A stretch of 63,165 bases of DNA, the filler included, from Saprolegnia diclina VS20 (lineage: Eukaryota): NCBI RefSeq assembly GCF_000281045.1. It is 4 parts of 2 records of this genome, joined end to end, with 100 filler letters (N's around TTAATTAATTAA, not from the genome) between each part and the next. Parts side by side here need not be neighbours in the genome. Positions count along the whole stretch, not along the records: positions 27,115 to 52,682 come from NW_008246091.1; positions 52,783 to 61,189 come from NW_008246091.1; 2 more parts are not named here. One strand, written 5' to 3'. The notes under the pieces are model-generated. The model searched no databases. It was not told the origin of the DNA and worked only from the letters and a program-made list of their open reading frames with translations. Positions 45,671 through 58,140 of this stretch are shown piece by piece (position 1 is the first letter of the stretch; each line of letters starts with the position of its first letter). The translations under genes and the position numbers were made by a program.

Positions 45671-47095
45671 GATGATGTACTTGCTCCGCGATTGAATGCA
45701 CTTCTGTCGACAGTCGTTGCAAGCCAGCCGCCGTTCGACGTCACATGCGGTCCGAGGTCGTGATGGGCGTACTTGGTAGTCACGGCGGCTGGGATGAGGC
45801 GTTGAGCTCGTCTCGCGACCCACTCTGTCGGAGCATCAAGTTGCGATCCTGGTGGGCGTGAGTGATCCCGAACCAGGATATCGTCCGTGGATACCAAGTG
45901 CGCTATCGTGTGACCATTTCTACATCTATCTACCAGAATAACTAGTTGGATCACAGCAGTTGTCGGTCGACGAGCGGCGCCGGCGACAGAAGCATGCTCG
46001 GTTCACTCGAAGGGCGATCGTACTTCCGCGGTGAGCACTCCCGACCACCAACGCCCAACTGCATGTTCGTAGGACATGGCGAGTCATTTCCACTTGGTCG
46101 ACGGAATGCTGTCGCTCGAAGCGGTGACATTCACGACAATGCGACGCCAACGACCTCCGCCTCCACAAATTCTGAGACTCTGGTGTTTTAGTGGGTGGCC
46201 AACAAGGGTTAGGGATACGGTTATCGACTGTCGTCGCTCGTCGCTGGGTTCCTGCTGAGTGATCCGCGACGCTAGTGGTCGTGGACGTGTTAAACTCAGA
46301 TCCGAGCTCCTTTCCTTACGCGAATGTGCGCGTGTGATTGGCCAGCACTGTCGCGGGTCGCACCCTACCCCTACCATCTGGCATTTGTCTTGGTGTTTGT
46401 ATGCGACCGGACAAGCCTCAACCCCGCCGCACCACATCTGAGTCGCGATATCAGATATCGCGAAAGCAGGATGCACCGTGGACACTCACATTACTTGTAC
46501 TATAGTCGTCGAAAAAGTTATCGTACGAAGTTCATGTTGCGTTGGTAGTGAGCGACAGAAGACGAGGGCGGTCCAGCGGAGTCGAAGCCCGCGCTATTGG
46601 GCATTCTTGGGTGGGTACACGCGGCTGGTAGCAATGACTTTACATTATTCCATCGATGCAGCCGTCGCCTGTCGCGCGCATCTGAGTTGAGGACTCTGAG
46701 TTGGCGATGGCTTTGGCGACAGTACTTCTACCAGTGGTAGTGCAGCCCTCCAGAATCGAGTTACCAGATCTATCGGATGGCGCCGACGCGGTCCGTCCAT
46801 GTTCGGCCGTAGCTTTGGCAACGCCGCGTGTTGTCCCATTGTCAGACAGGCCACTGCCGTGCTCAGACGAACACAAGAATCTGAGTTGAGGTATCTGAGA
46901 TTGCACCAGTCGGCTACAGTGCGCCTTGAAAACGACCACGACGGAATCCCTCTCCGCATCCATGAGCGCACGGCCGGTCCCGTCGTCGTCTGAGTCGAGG
47001 ATCGGTACGACTATCGTCCCACGGACCGTCGTCGCCGGTGTTTTCGACTCGCTCTCGCCACCTCACTTTCCATCTTGACTGCCACCACCACCACC

Positions 47096-47920
47096 ATGAT
47101 CAAGACCGCCATCATCGCCGCCGTCGCTGCCACCGCCGTCCTCGCCGAGGAAGGCCGCGTCGACTACTTCGCCCCCGGCCCCGTCGACCACAACGACGCG
47201 ATTGAAATCGTCGGTGGTGTCGAGGCCGAGGTCGGCAAGCACCTCTACGTCACGGGTCTCCGCCGCACGCCGGAAGGCAAGGCCAGCTGCGGTGCGTCGC
47301 TCATCGCGCCCACCGTTGTCCTCACGGCCGCGCACTGCGCCGTCGGCAACTGGGCCACCAACGCCTCGATCGGCTCGCACTTCCTCTCGGGCTCCAAGGA
47401 CGGCGAGCGCATCGCGATCACCAAGATCATCCCGCACCCCAAGTACGACTCGAAGCAGATGACCAACGACTTTGCCATCATGCTCCTCGCGTCGCCCTCC
47501 AAGGTGACGCCCGTCGAGGTGTACTTCGGCAACGACGCCATCAACGCGCCGGGCGTCAACTCGACGGCCCGCGGCTGGGGCACCGTCAAGAGCGGCGGCC
47601 AGCAGTCGGACGTGCTCAAGGAGGTCGTCCTCAAGATCTGGGGCAACAAGGAGTGCAACACGGCGATCCAGAGCGGCGGCTCGGGCTACCCGCAGATCAC
47701 GGCCACCAACATTTGCGCCGGTGGCCTCTTGGGCGAGGACACGTGCCAGGGCGACTCGGGTGGCCCGCTCACGGTCAAGAAGAACGGCGTCGACGTGCTT
47801 GTCGGCCTCACGAGCTGGGGCATTGGCTGCGCCCAGGCCGGCCTCCCGGGCATTTACGCCCGCGTCTCGGAAGCCAAGGACTTCATCGAGCCGTACCTCA
47901 CCCCCAAGCCGGCTTGCTAA
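47096..47920 (+). CDS. Secreted trypsin-like serine protease (S1A)
   Basis: Signal peptide, propeptide, IVGG mature start, LTAAHC, NDFAI, DTCQGDSGGP, SWGIGC. The catalytic triad is intact. Confidence 0.96.
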   Translation: MIKTAIIAAVAATAVLAEEGRVDYFAPGPVDHNDAIEIVGGVEAEVGKHLYVTGLRRTPEGKASCGASLIAPTVVLTAAHCAVGNWATNASIGSHFLSGSKDGERIAITKIIPHPKYDSKQMTNDFAIMLLASPSKVTPVEVYFGNDAINAPGVNSTARGWGTVKSGGQQSDVLKEVVLKIWGNKECNTAIQSGGSGYPQITATNICAGGLLGEDTCQGDSGGPLTVKKNGVDVLVGLTSWGIGCAQAGLPGIYARVSEAKDFIEPYLTPKPAC

Positions 47921-49179
47921 GCGAGACGGATGCCTTACGCCCGCGCTTTCTGTGCTGTCTCGTCTCTGTTGCCATTTCTCTTCACAGCGCGGCGCGTCCC
48001 CTTAAACGATAACAACGTGGTTTTGTCGTCACTTAAGTTTGCCATTTCTTCTTCACTTCCAGCACCAAGCGCCAAGAAAGAGCGGTGGCATGCAGATTGG
48101 GCAGAGATACTGTTGCGACACGGATGGTCGGGTTGCAGACTTATCGTCGACGCCAAGGCGGTCATCTTGCGAGCGACGATTGTCCTACACGGTTGAAAGG
48201 GGTCACCAGGTGAATTTCTCGACGCGACAACGGACAAGTTGCCGTTCAAGTGCACAACACGGCGGCTACCACTGTGCGGCCATCAGCCAGCAGTGCCGAG
48301 CCAGCATCGAGTGTCGTCGCAGCGCTCAATGCGCGTATCGGCAGCCACGGGAGGCCACTGTACGAGGTTTGAACCGAAGTCGACGTTCGTCATGGAGGAG
48401 CTTGGCGCCAACGGGCAGCCGTCGACGAAGATGTGGACGCGTTGCACCATCCCAATAAGCCGATGACGCGAGTCGCAAGCGATGTATCGATTTGAGAGCG
48501 CTCGCATGGTGGTATCGAACGGGTTTAGTGCAGTGGATGCAGGAGAATAGGACCTTCTAGCGTCCTCTGGTTCACTTGTTGACGTTTCCTTCTCCACGGC
48601 TGTGGCGTGGCGTCCGACGATGATTGCTCGAGATCCGAGCTATAGCTACACCACTACTGGACGTCTTGATCGTAGCACTTCTGCATTCTTCGCTGTTTAG
48701 CCATAGCTTTATACGTATGGAAGTACGGGGCATTTCGAACACAACGGGGTGAACCATAATGACGTGGCAGATCCTAGGCAAATACAAGGGAGACGGCGAG
48801 ACAACTGATGAGCGGATAAGACCACGTCCCAGAGGATGAGACCACGTCCCAGAGAAAGCCACAAAGCAGGGCTCGTACGAGGGTCTCGCCAGCGGGACCG
48901 AGCTTGGGGTTCAATGCGACGATTGCTTGATCGTATGCAGTCTCAGCAGACAATATTGCAATGCGTTGGTATGAGCAACTATGTGCGCTGGTCGCCAAGG
49001 GCCCTGTAGACAATATAGCTCTTTACGTGTGCTAGCACGATAATTGCTGGCTTCAATAGTCTTTTTACTAAACTTCTACTGCGATCTTGGTCCGTCGTCG
49101 CATCACCTCGCATTACGAACGTGGCTGAAACATCCGGATAGTGTCCGGAAAGCCAGCCCATATCCGTTTCCACCTCATC

Positions 49180-50439
49180 ATGAGCAGCAGCAGCAAGAAG
49201 GTCCGTGAAGGGGACGACGCGCTGGCCAAGGCCGAGAAGCTATTGACGACGACCATGTTCCGCTGGTCGCCCGACTACATGTCGGCGTCTCCGTACCTGG
49301 AGAAGGCGGCCGAGGCCTTCCGCGCCGGCCAAGCGCTCGACCGTGCGGCCAAGACGTACGTGCGGCTCGCCGAGGTGCAGCACAAGAACGGCGCAGTCTT
49401 CCGCGCCGCCATGCACATGGAAACGGCCGCCAAGATCCATCTGCAGTACGCGCCCAAGCAGCCGCAGCCCGCGATGCAGTACTACCAGATGGGCAGCGCG
49501 TACTACAGCGAGATGGGCGAGCTCGGGAAGGCCGCCGAGATGCTCATGAAGGGCGCGGCCGCGCTCGAAGCCGTCAACGTGTCCGACGTCAAGCACATGT
49601 AGCCATCTCTCTCGTTCGACATACCGTGATGGCGCATACGAATCGTAGGTACTTGGAGGCGTGTGACCTCATGGAGACGCAGGACAAGCCTCACTTTGCC
49701 GTCGACGTCTTCCGCAAGACCGCCGCGTTTCTCGTCAAGCGCAAGGACTACGCCGATGCAGTTGTCAACTACGAGCGGCAAGTCGCCCTCTTCCGCGCCA
49801 TGGGCCAGGTAGCGTTGCCCGTCCCTTTGCCTTCACTTATGTTCATCCTAGAAAGAAAACATGAACAAGAGCTTTGCCAGCATCATTGTGCTCAAGTGCG
49901 CAATGCAGGACGTCATTGCTGCCGACCAGGCGTACATGACGCACCTCCAGGACGACGGCTTTCTGAGCTCGGACGAGTGCGCGCTCAGCGAAGACCTCAT
50001 CGGTGCGCTCAAGCGCAGTGACGACGCGCAGCTCCAAGTCGTACTCAAGAAGCCCCAGTGGCAGTACGTGGATACATGCATTGGCCGCCTCGTGCGCACG
50101 CTGAGCCTCTACGGCGGGGCCAAGCCGCCGAGCTCTGCAGCGCCAGTCTCTGCAGCCAAGAGCACGTCGTTTCCGCCGTCAACACAGCGGACGCAAGCGT
50201 CACTGCCGACAACCGCGTCGGCTGGAAGCAGCACGGCCTTTTCATTTGACGAACTCGAGTTTTCGAGCAGCCCCGTCGTCGACACGGCGGCCGCGATCGC
50301 GTCGCTGCAGATTGCGGCACCGACTGCAACGGCGGTGACTGCGCCAGTCACAACAACGGCGCCGGCACCGACGACATCGGTGCCTCCAAGCGCACCGACG
50401 CAGCACGTTGTGGAAGAAGACATGTTTGACTTGACATGA
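49180..50439 (+). CDS. NAPG: Gamma-soluble NSF attachment protein (gamma-SNAP)
   Basis: KAEKLLTTTMFRWSPDY...KAAEAFR N-terminus, TPR-like helices, acidic C-terminus EEDMFDLT. Introns 49599-49648 and 49809-49851 restore the frame. Confidence 0.85.
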
Positions 50440-51666
50440 GCCCGACGACGCAGCTCGTACCGCATAAGGATCGAAGACTTTATACACTGGAGAGAGGAAT
50501 CCACACTTGATGGTGTCAACACAACCGTGGTGGGTTGCACCAAGATGACGTTTTGGCCCATGTAAGCTTGTTGGTGTCTGCTTGGTGGTCGCAGACAGTA
50601 CGAGATACCTTGTCGAGACTCCACATCCCGTGTATCGGAGGCATTTATGCAGCCGAGCACCGAGCAAGGCCTGTTGCTTCGGCTCAACACTTCTGTTTCT
50701 GGTACATGGCGGCGCTTGTCTAGCTCGAGCACTAGGCCCATTGACCCCTAGGACTCACGCGACCGGAGACGTGGGGCTCACCAAGTTGTTAGTTATTTTG
50801 CCCTTCAAANNNNNNNNNNNNNNNNNNNNNNNNNNNNNNNNNNNNNNNNNNNNNNNNNNNNNNNNNNNNNNNNNNNNNNNNNNNNNNNNNNNNNNNNNNN
50901 NNNNNNNNNNNNNNNNNNNNNNNNNNNNNNNNNNNNNNNNNNNNNNNNNNNNNNNNNNNNNNNNNNNNNNNNNNNNNNNNNNNNNNNNNNNNNNNNNNNN
51001 NNNNNNNNNNNNNNNNNNNNNNNNNNNNNNNNNNNNNNNNNNNNNNNNNNNNNNNNNNNNNNNNNNNNNNNNNNNNNNNNNNNNNNNNNNNNNNNNNNNN
51101 NNNNNNNNNNNNNNNNNNNNNNNNNNNNNNNNNNNNNNNNNNNNNNNNNNNNNNNNNNNNNNNNNNNNNNNNNNNNNNNNNNNNNNNNNNNNNNNNNNNN
51201 NNNNNNNNNNNNNNNNNNNNNNNNNNNNNNNNNNNNNNNNNNNNNNNNNNNNNNNNNNNNNNNNNNNNNNNNNNNNNNNNNNNNNNNNNNNNNNNNNNNN
51301 NNNNNNNNNNNNNNNNNNNNNNNNNNNNNNNNNNNNNNNNNNNNNNNNNNNNNNNNNNNNNNNNNNNNNNNNNNNNNNNNNNNNNNNNNNNNNNNNNNNN
51401 NNNNNNNNNNNNNNNNNNNNNNNNNNNNNNNNNNNNNNNNNNNNNNNNNNNNNNNNNNNNNNNNNNNNNNNNNNNNNNNNNNNNNNNNNNNNNNNNNNNN
51501 NNNNNNNNNNNNNNNNNNNNNNNNNNNNNNNNNNNNNNNNNNNNNNNNNNNNNNNNNNNNNNNNNNNNNNNNNNNNNNNNNNNNNNNNNNNNNNNNNNNN
51601 NNNNNNNNNNNNNNNNNNNNNNNNNNNNNNNNNNNNNNNNNNNNNNNNNNNNNNNNNNNNNNNNNN

Positions 51667-52450
51667 GTAGGAGCACATGGAGGTGATGGCTCTCCCGTGC
51701 GCTGGCGACACGTTCGACAGATGCAAGCAACGTCATTGGCGCATACCACCGCAAATTGGTTGGTGCATGGCGGCCGCGGTAAAGTGTAATCGTTGGGAGT
51801 GAGCAACTGGCTCACGAGGGTGATCGAAATGCGTAGCGACTACCAGCACTCGAGATCCCGAGCGGCTACCCACAAGGCGTGAGCTCAGGGCGAGCACGCA
51901 GTGGGTTGGATACCGCAAATGCTGGCGATCCCACACGCGAGTGAAGGTCGCTCATGGATGCGGTTTTTCGATTGGCAACACTGACAAGCAAAGTAGTGTG
52001 ATTGGCTATCAGATCGAAGGCGTCATTCATTAAGCTATAACTCGTTCCCAGTGCAGCACGCGTGCATGGAGGCAGGAATCACTGACGGTGTACAGATCGA
52101 ACCCTTGTATACTACAGACGCAAGTCGTTTGGGCAGGTTTCCCAAAGCGTGGCGAGCGCGTCGTCGCCCGTGACGCGCTGACCTACATATCGTTGCACGC
52201 GGTGTAATCGGACGAGCGCAGTGAAGGTTCCGCGGCGCTGTCCTGTACGTTACTGTCCTTTGATCTCGAAGATCACAACACAGTCGACTAGAGTGACTTG
52301 GGTTGACTAGAGTGCCTTGGGAAGATGCAAGCACCCTCCAGCAGCCTTGAGTACCCCGTTTCGACCATGCGACCAGGCACGTGACATTGCCTGCATCTGT
52401 CGAACGTGTCGCCAGCGCACGGGAGAGCCATCACCTCCATGTGCTCCTAC
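51667..52450. repeat. Inverted repeat, arms of at least 69 bp (51667-51735 and 52382-52450)
   Basis: Arms are reverse complements with 2 mismatches. The left arm is cut by an N gap. Spacer 646 bp. Confidence 0.9.
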
Positions 52451-52787
52451 GTGAGCCGAATTTCTATGGCACCTCGTGGCATCACACACATGCTTCTACG
52501 GCCTGCAAAGATTGGTGCACTTCGAGGCGCACACACGTGGCAGCGCGTCGACGCAGTTTCGATACCACCCACTTTTCCTTTGCCTCGCCTGAGCAGCTAC
52601 CGACATGCAATCGACGCCCCAGCACGACTCTGCGCCGCAAGCCGGCAGCTACAACAGCGACGCCGCGGGCCTCACGCTCGGCNNNNNNNNNNNNNNNNNN
52701 NNNNNNNNNNNNNNNNNNNNNNNNNNTTAATTAATTAANNNNNNNNNNNNNNNNNNNNNNNNNNNNNNNNNNNNNNNNNNNNGGCCC

Positions 52788-53963
52788 ATGCCGACATTTG
52801 AAACGACGACCGCGGTGCAGCGGGCCGGTGACGAAAACAAGACGCATCAGTCGATCCGAATCGAGGCCGTGATTACCAGCAAGGAGATCAAGCTTGGGCA
52901 AGACGCCGCGGAGGCAACTGTCAGTAAGAGCAAGCTCAAGGACGACGGAGTGGGCACGCGTGTTCTGGAAGAGACCACGACGGCAGTGCCCGCGATCATC
53001 ACGGGCAAGGACGACGGCCTTGGGCAAGACGGCCCCAAGGACGTGGTTGTCAAGGAAGAGCCCACGACCAGGCGTGGGCTGGGCAATCAGCAGAAGGCGC
53101 TGTCCATGATGGTCAAGGACAAGAGCAGTGAGCCCCACGACGAGCCAGGCAAGGAAGGCGATGGGCACCGAGACCCTACAATGAAGAGCTCCCAAGCGGT
53201 CAGCAGGACGACAAGAGCGGATAGTGCCTCGTCGCTGGGTGACGCGGGGCAACAGCAGGACGCGACTACCCTAACGGCGATCTGGGCAAGCAAGGAAGGC
53301 ACGGCGAGGCCGGCAGCGACGAGCCAAGGCGGTGCGGGGCACCACGAACATGAAGGTCTCCCTCCGCTGGGCAAGTTGCGCAAGGCGGGTTTGAGCGCGA
53401 CAGCGTGCGCTGTGTGCGAGAACTCGACGCTGGGCACGCAGCGAGCGAGCCATGGGACGACGGACGAGCAAGTCAGGCATGTCACTGCTCCGGATCGAGC
53501 CATCGACGACGCTCGTCGAAGTAACGACGGCGAGACCTGCGGCACGGTTTTGCCAGGGCAGGGACATGACGGCGTTCCCGCGGATGGTCATGACCGGGAG
53601 TCGGGTGGCAAGGGTGCCGCTGACGAGGACGACGGCAGGCCGCTTCCAAGGACGACTCTTGGTCTCGGAATGGCCACGCGCAACGGCTGTAGCGCGGCGC
53701 CCAGGACCTCGGTTGGCGGTGGTGACAGTCAAGACCGACACGCTTCGATGGCGCCCCACGTTTTTGCGCCGGACATGTTGTATGGCCGCCGTGGGCATTG
53801 TCGTGAGGCGCCAATCGCCTTTTGGGCCAAGACCTCGCCAAGTGGCCAAGGAAGGTTCGAGGGCCCTCTCACGACCTTCAAGATTGAAGGATTCCCCTGC
53901 TGGATGGACGCGTGCCGACCAAAGACCCGCGCAACGTGGCGTCCCGGCGGTGCATCGGCGTGA
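52788..53963 (+). mobile_element. Probable decayed Ty3/gypsy pol fragment (integrase-like)
   Basis: Degenerate motifs in integrase order: GAGHH...CAVC (HHCC), HDGVPADGHDR (cf. HGVP..I.SDR), DMLYGR, RFEGPL (GPF/Y module). No intact DDE triad identified. Confidence 0.45.
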
Positions 53964-54965
53964 CACACCGACCCCTCAAGGCATTCGAGCCAATCCAAGG
54001 CCAGACAGCTGTCTGGTAATAGTGCCGCCTTTTGGCAGGCTGTAGACGTAGACAATTGACGTCAATCACATCCCTTTTTACGACTGGAGACGACTGAGCT
54101 ACATCCGACCGTGGACCCGTGTTCGGGCTTCACGACACCATAGATGTGTTGGCTGATGAGGTTTGTTACCCTGGGTCTGGATATGCTTGTGAATGTGAGC
54201 TTATGTTGTGGCTCATAATCAGTATCATCGATCTCGCACGCCCGGGTTGCCCGGGACGTGTCCGAGGATGTATAGTACTGGATGCATCCATGCCAAAACG
54301 CCAAGTTACCGGTACACTGTAGAAGTTACTCGGCTGGTTGCGCGTTGGGCACGGCAGATCAATGTAATGCACTCTTCGTTCGCTACAGCTAATTGTTTGA
54401 CGGAGCTCCGACGATTCCTCAAACGTGCATGTCGGCGTAGGCAGCGATGCGTTTACCGAGCAGCCACACCAAGTACAGTGTGCTATTGCCTGTTTGCTGT
54501 GACCGATTCCGCTCCTGGCAACAACCAGAACGTGAAACACCAGACTGAGGGAGGCCGTACTTCCTAAACACCGGCTAGTGTACTACACAGCAGAACGGAA
54601 AGTGGCAACTAAGCTACGTCTACGGACTGCTGCCAAAGACTGTACAGTCTCATCAACGGGCTTCTCCCGTAGGACTAAACATGCAAACACACATCGCCTT
54701 GTCCCAGTCTAGTGGTGTTGGCGTGGGCTAGGCTCACACCGAGTGACCCACCACTGTATGCGACCAACGGTCACATTGCACAGCCCCAATCCAGCAGCTA
54801 CCCACCCCACTCTGTTCGAGACGTGCGCCAGAACCAGACTTTCCACCACCATGCAAGCTACTTGGTTGGGTACTCGAGTTGGTGGTCAGCGCTCACCCGA
54901 CTCCAGCTTTCAAATGAGACGCCATTTTCCTTTTGCAGCTTCTCGCTTGCGATCACAACGTTCGT

Positions 54966-56420
54966 ATGGCGACAACGTCTCCAGAACCAAAGCGTGCGCG
55001 CGTCGAGGCGGCGCCGTGGCTGCTGCCGCACGTCGTGCTGCAGGTGGTCCATTATCTTGCCGATGCTGATGCCGCCAACGCGTTTCTCCACGCGGTGCCG
55101 CCCGGCGCCCGTGACGAGTCGCTTGATGCGCTCGCAACCCTCTTTACCGAGGGTGTCGACTTCTGGCCAAAGACTTTTCTCGACGATGTTTTGAGAACGA
55201 AGGACCCGTCGACAGTGATCAAGGCGCTACCAGCGCTCCGCATCCTCGACATTTGCGAAAATGACGCCCGCGGCGTCAGCCTTTGCCGAGCCACGCCGCC
55301 GGTGCCGACGGTCGATGTCAACGTCATCGTCTCCAGCACAAACCTGTGTGACCTTCGATCCATTCTGGGTGGCTGGGTCGCCAACATCACCGATCTAGAC
55401 GTTGATAGCTATGCCCAGCCGCTCAACCTACAAGGTCTGCAGCGATCGCTCGCCGAGTGTACAAGGCTCAAGACGATCACCATGTCGTGGCGAAACCCCA
55501 TGTTCATGGACCAAGACGAGCTGGACATCCTCCTGGTGGCCATTACCGAGTCGTGTCCGCGCATCGCGGTTGTGTCGCTCACGGCACCCAACTTCACCGT
55601 CTTGGAGGACAGCGAGTGCCTTCTCGAGTTGCTCGCACGACCAAGTGTGACGCAGTTCAGGCTGACGGGGTGTGCTGTGGCAGCGACCGCGACCGAGGAT
55701 TTGGTGCACGGACTGCGTTCGCTGCCGTCGTTCGAATCCGTCCGCCTCGAATGCACCGGCCGTAGCATTTCGATGTTGCGCCCGTCAGCGCCACGGCCGT
55801 CCCGGAACTTGCCGATCTTGGATATTGACGCCAGCAGCGTCGTCCAGGACACCAGTGTATGGGACGAAGCGATGTGTCTCGCTTTCCCAACAGTGCTGCG
55901 GACGTTCAAGGTGTACAATGCGCGGATGGCCGACTTTCCGCAGCTGCCGGAGCTCCGCAACCTCACCTTGAGCAACGTCGAGCTGACGAGCAACGCTGTG
56001 GCGTCTCTCTGCGCGCTGCTGGCGACGACGACAACGCTCACAACCCTCTTGTTTATGACGCCGAGCGACTTTACGCAAAACGTCGACGCGGTCCTGGCCG
56101 CTCTGCCGCGCTGGCTGAGTCGCCAACGACACGCGTGCAACGTGCACCTTGACGTCCCAACGGCAAACGCGGGGGTGGTCGCCGCCATTGTGGAGAAAAC
56201 GCGCAGCTCGCACGGGGTCCACTTGGAGGTGTTCAACGACATTAATCTCGCAGCGAGCAAGCGCGTCGTGACGGCCCTTGGCGCGACGTCGCAAATGTCG
56301 GTGTGGCTATTGAGCCGGAGGAACATGCAAGATGACGAGCTCAAGGCACTTGCCAAGATGCACAACGTGTACTACGAAGGAAGCTACTTCGTCTCGCCAC
56401 GCCCGACGCCGACGCAGTAG
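54966..56420 (+). CDS. F-box-like N-terminus plus RNI-like/LRR protein, intact copy
   Basis: PEPKRAR basic motif, LLPHVVLQVVHYL (F-box-like LP..V...V..YL), leucine-rich repeats (LAECTRLKTI, SCPRIAVVSL, LPELRNLTL). Intronless. Confidence 0.8.
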   Translation: MATTSPEPKRARVEAAPWLLPHVVLQVVHYLADADAANAFLHAVPPGARDESLDALATLFTEGVDFWPKTFLDDVLRTKDPSTVIKALPALRILDICENDARGVSLCRATPPVPTVDVNVIVSSTNLCDLRSILGGWVANITDLDVDSYAQPLNLQGLQRSLAECTRLKTITMSWRNPMFMDQDELDILLVAITESCPRIAVVSLTAPNFTVLEDSECLLELLARPSVTQFRLTGCAVAATATEDLVHGLRSLPSFESVRLECTGRSISMLRPSAPRPSRNLPILDIDASSVVQDTSVWDEAMCLAFPTVLRTFKVYNARMADFPQLPELRNLTLSNVELTSNAVASLCALLATTTTLTTLLFMTPSDFTQNVDAVLAALPRWLSRQRHACNVHLDVPTANAGVVAAIVEKTRSSHGVHLEVFNDINLAASKRVVTALGATSQMSVWLLSRRNMQDDELKALAKMHNVYYEGSYFVSPRPTPTQ

Positions 56421-56529
56421 TCATATGCACTTCACCAATGATCAAGCATTGAGTTGTCTTCTTCGACTCGTCTCTTTTAGCAACACAAATTTGGAAAAAT
56501 CAGCACCAACTTGCACGCCGGTGTAGAAC

Positions 56530-56568
56530 ATCTATCTATCAATCTATCAATCTATCTATCTATCTATA

Positions 56569-56639
<71 letters not shown>

Positions 56640-56647
56640 ATATATAT
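56530..56647. repeat. (TATC)n microsatellite
   Basis: About 115 bp of TATC units with a few variants, ending in (TA)n. Confidence 0.97.
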
Positions 56648-57278
56648 CCACCTGACAGAAGCTTGGATACAACGCGTCGTGCCTTAAGGTTACCGTACGT
56701 TGTTCGGATATTAATGGTAGGAACCCCTGGTTACTCCAGCCCACAGGAGATTAACCTACTGGGGCGCATGCGGCGCACGTCGTCTGCCGTGCTAAACAAA
56801 AATCACACCTCGGGGTAACAGGCGTCGTTGCGGTGCCTCCATGGGGTATAGCCGACGTGTTGAAAGGACCATTCAATGTCTTTGGACACTCGGCGATATT
56901 TGTACCTGAACGCAGAACTGGTTTTGCAGCTCTGTCGCGTCGTTGATTGAACCCATCCACAGTGATTTTTACGTCGGATGCGAGCTCGCGAATCAAGGTC
57001 ATCCGATGCTCCTCGTACATGCACGGGAATGGGCGCCGACCTCGAACACCCGGGAAACAACTCAGGGAAACTATGGCATTGAAGCTACGCGATTGGATAC
57101 TCGAGGATGGGCAAGAGATCGCAAGTGGACCGAGATGAATTGTGTGGTTGCTTGGGAATCCCTTGCTACAGCCGAAGAGGTATCTGGACAGAGCTTGTTT
57201 GTTTGCACGCGTTCGAGTGCGGCGAAGACCGAGCATCTGCGCTCGGTGCTAGATCTCGGCACAGCTACAGTTGTTGAA

Positions 57279-57711
57279 ATGAGTTATTAACATGCAATTA
57301 TATAGTGAAGATGGTGGACTTCCTAGAGCGCTCGTGAGGTTTGGCCGGTACGTCAAGCTGAGGGCGCTTGGTCGGGGCTCAGGATTGAGTGGGGAATGAG
57401 GTAGCGAGCACACCAAGGATCGGCGCGTAGGGCATGGAGCGACTCATCAAGCGAAGGCACCACGGCGCGGCGGGCCAAGTGTCGGATATGCAGTCGCGTG
57501 ATAGTAGCGGCTTTGATCGCGAGCGCATCAGCGGGAAGGGGCGTCAATGTCGTGCGAAACACGCGGTTGTTACGTTCAAGCCAAAGACTGTACCAAACGC
57601 AAGCGCGCAGGATCGGCCAGAGGGCACGGATGATCGGCTTGTGGGCTGAGAACGGTAGAGCGACGGCGTCGTAAAGAAAGCCACCGACCGACGTCGGGAG
57701 TTGCAGCTTCA
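57279..57711 (-). mobile_element. 5'-truncated L1/Tx1-type LINE (ORF2 C-terminus plus 3' UTR) with 28-bp flanking duplication
   Basis: The ORF ending at 57353 contains VWYSLWLERNNRVF, typical of the L1-clade ORF2 C-terminus. Direct repeat AGAT(C/A)TCGGCACAGCTACAGT(T/C)GTTGAA at 57251-57278 and 57712-57739. Confidence 0.8.
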
Positions 57712-57900
57712 AGATATCGGCACAGCTACAGTCGTTGAATATCCTCGCAGCTTCCCAGGTGCAACTGCGACAGAACCAGATTGCGTCAAGGCTACTCGAT
57801 ACGGTAGCCGGTGATCAGCGTTCGCTAGAGCAGCAGCCACTTTGCCCTTTGCATTTTCGGGCGTTGTACGACATTGCAGTGACCACCAAGTTCAACCTGA

Positions 57901-58140
57901 ATGACGTCGACAACCACCGAACCAAAGCGCACGCGGGTCGAGGCGGCCCAGGGGCTGCTGCCGCACGTTGTGCTACCGCACGTCGTGCTGCAGGTGGTTC
58001 ATTATCTCGATGAAGCCAGCGCCGTTCTGGTCTTTCTTCGCGCCGTCGTTTATCGGTCGTCGTCGCTCCCAGCCAAACGAGAGCAGCGTGTACTACCGGT
58101 ACCGACACATCTATCGAAGTAGAATCCTCCCATTTCACAG
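57901..58140 (+). pseudogene. F-box-like/LRR family 5' fragment
   Basis: MTSTTTEPKRTRVEAAQGLLPHVVLPHVVLQVVHYLDEA matches the N-terminus of the 54966 gene, with an internal 15-bp duplication, then degenerates. Confidence 0.8.

Noticed and set aside
47096..47920. Possible glucanase-inhibitor protein (inactive trypsin homologue)
   Set aside because: The His, Asp and Ser catalytic motifs are intact, so it is an ordinary active-type trypsin.
48819..48854. Duplicated AGACCACGTCCCAGAG
   Set aside because: A single short tandem duplication in intergenic DNA with no further copies seen.
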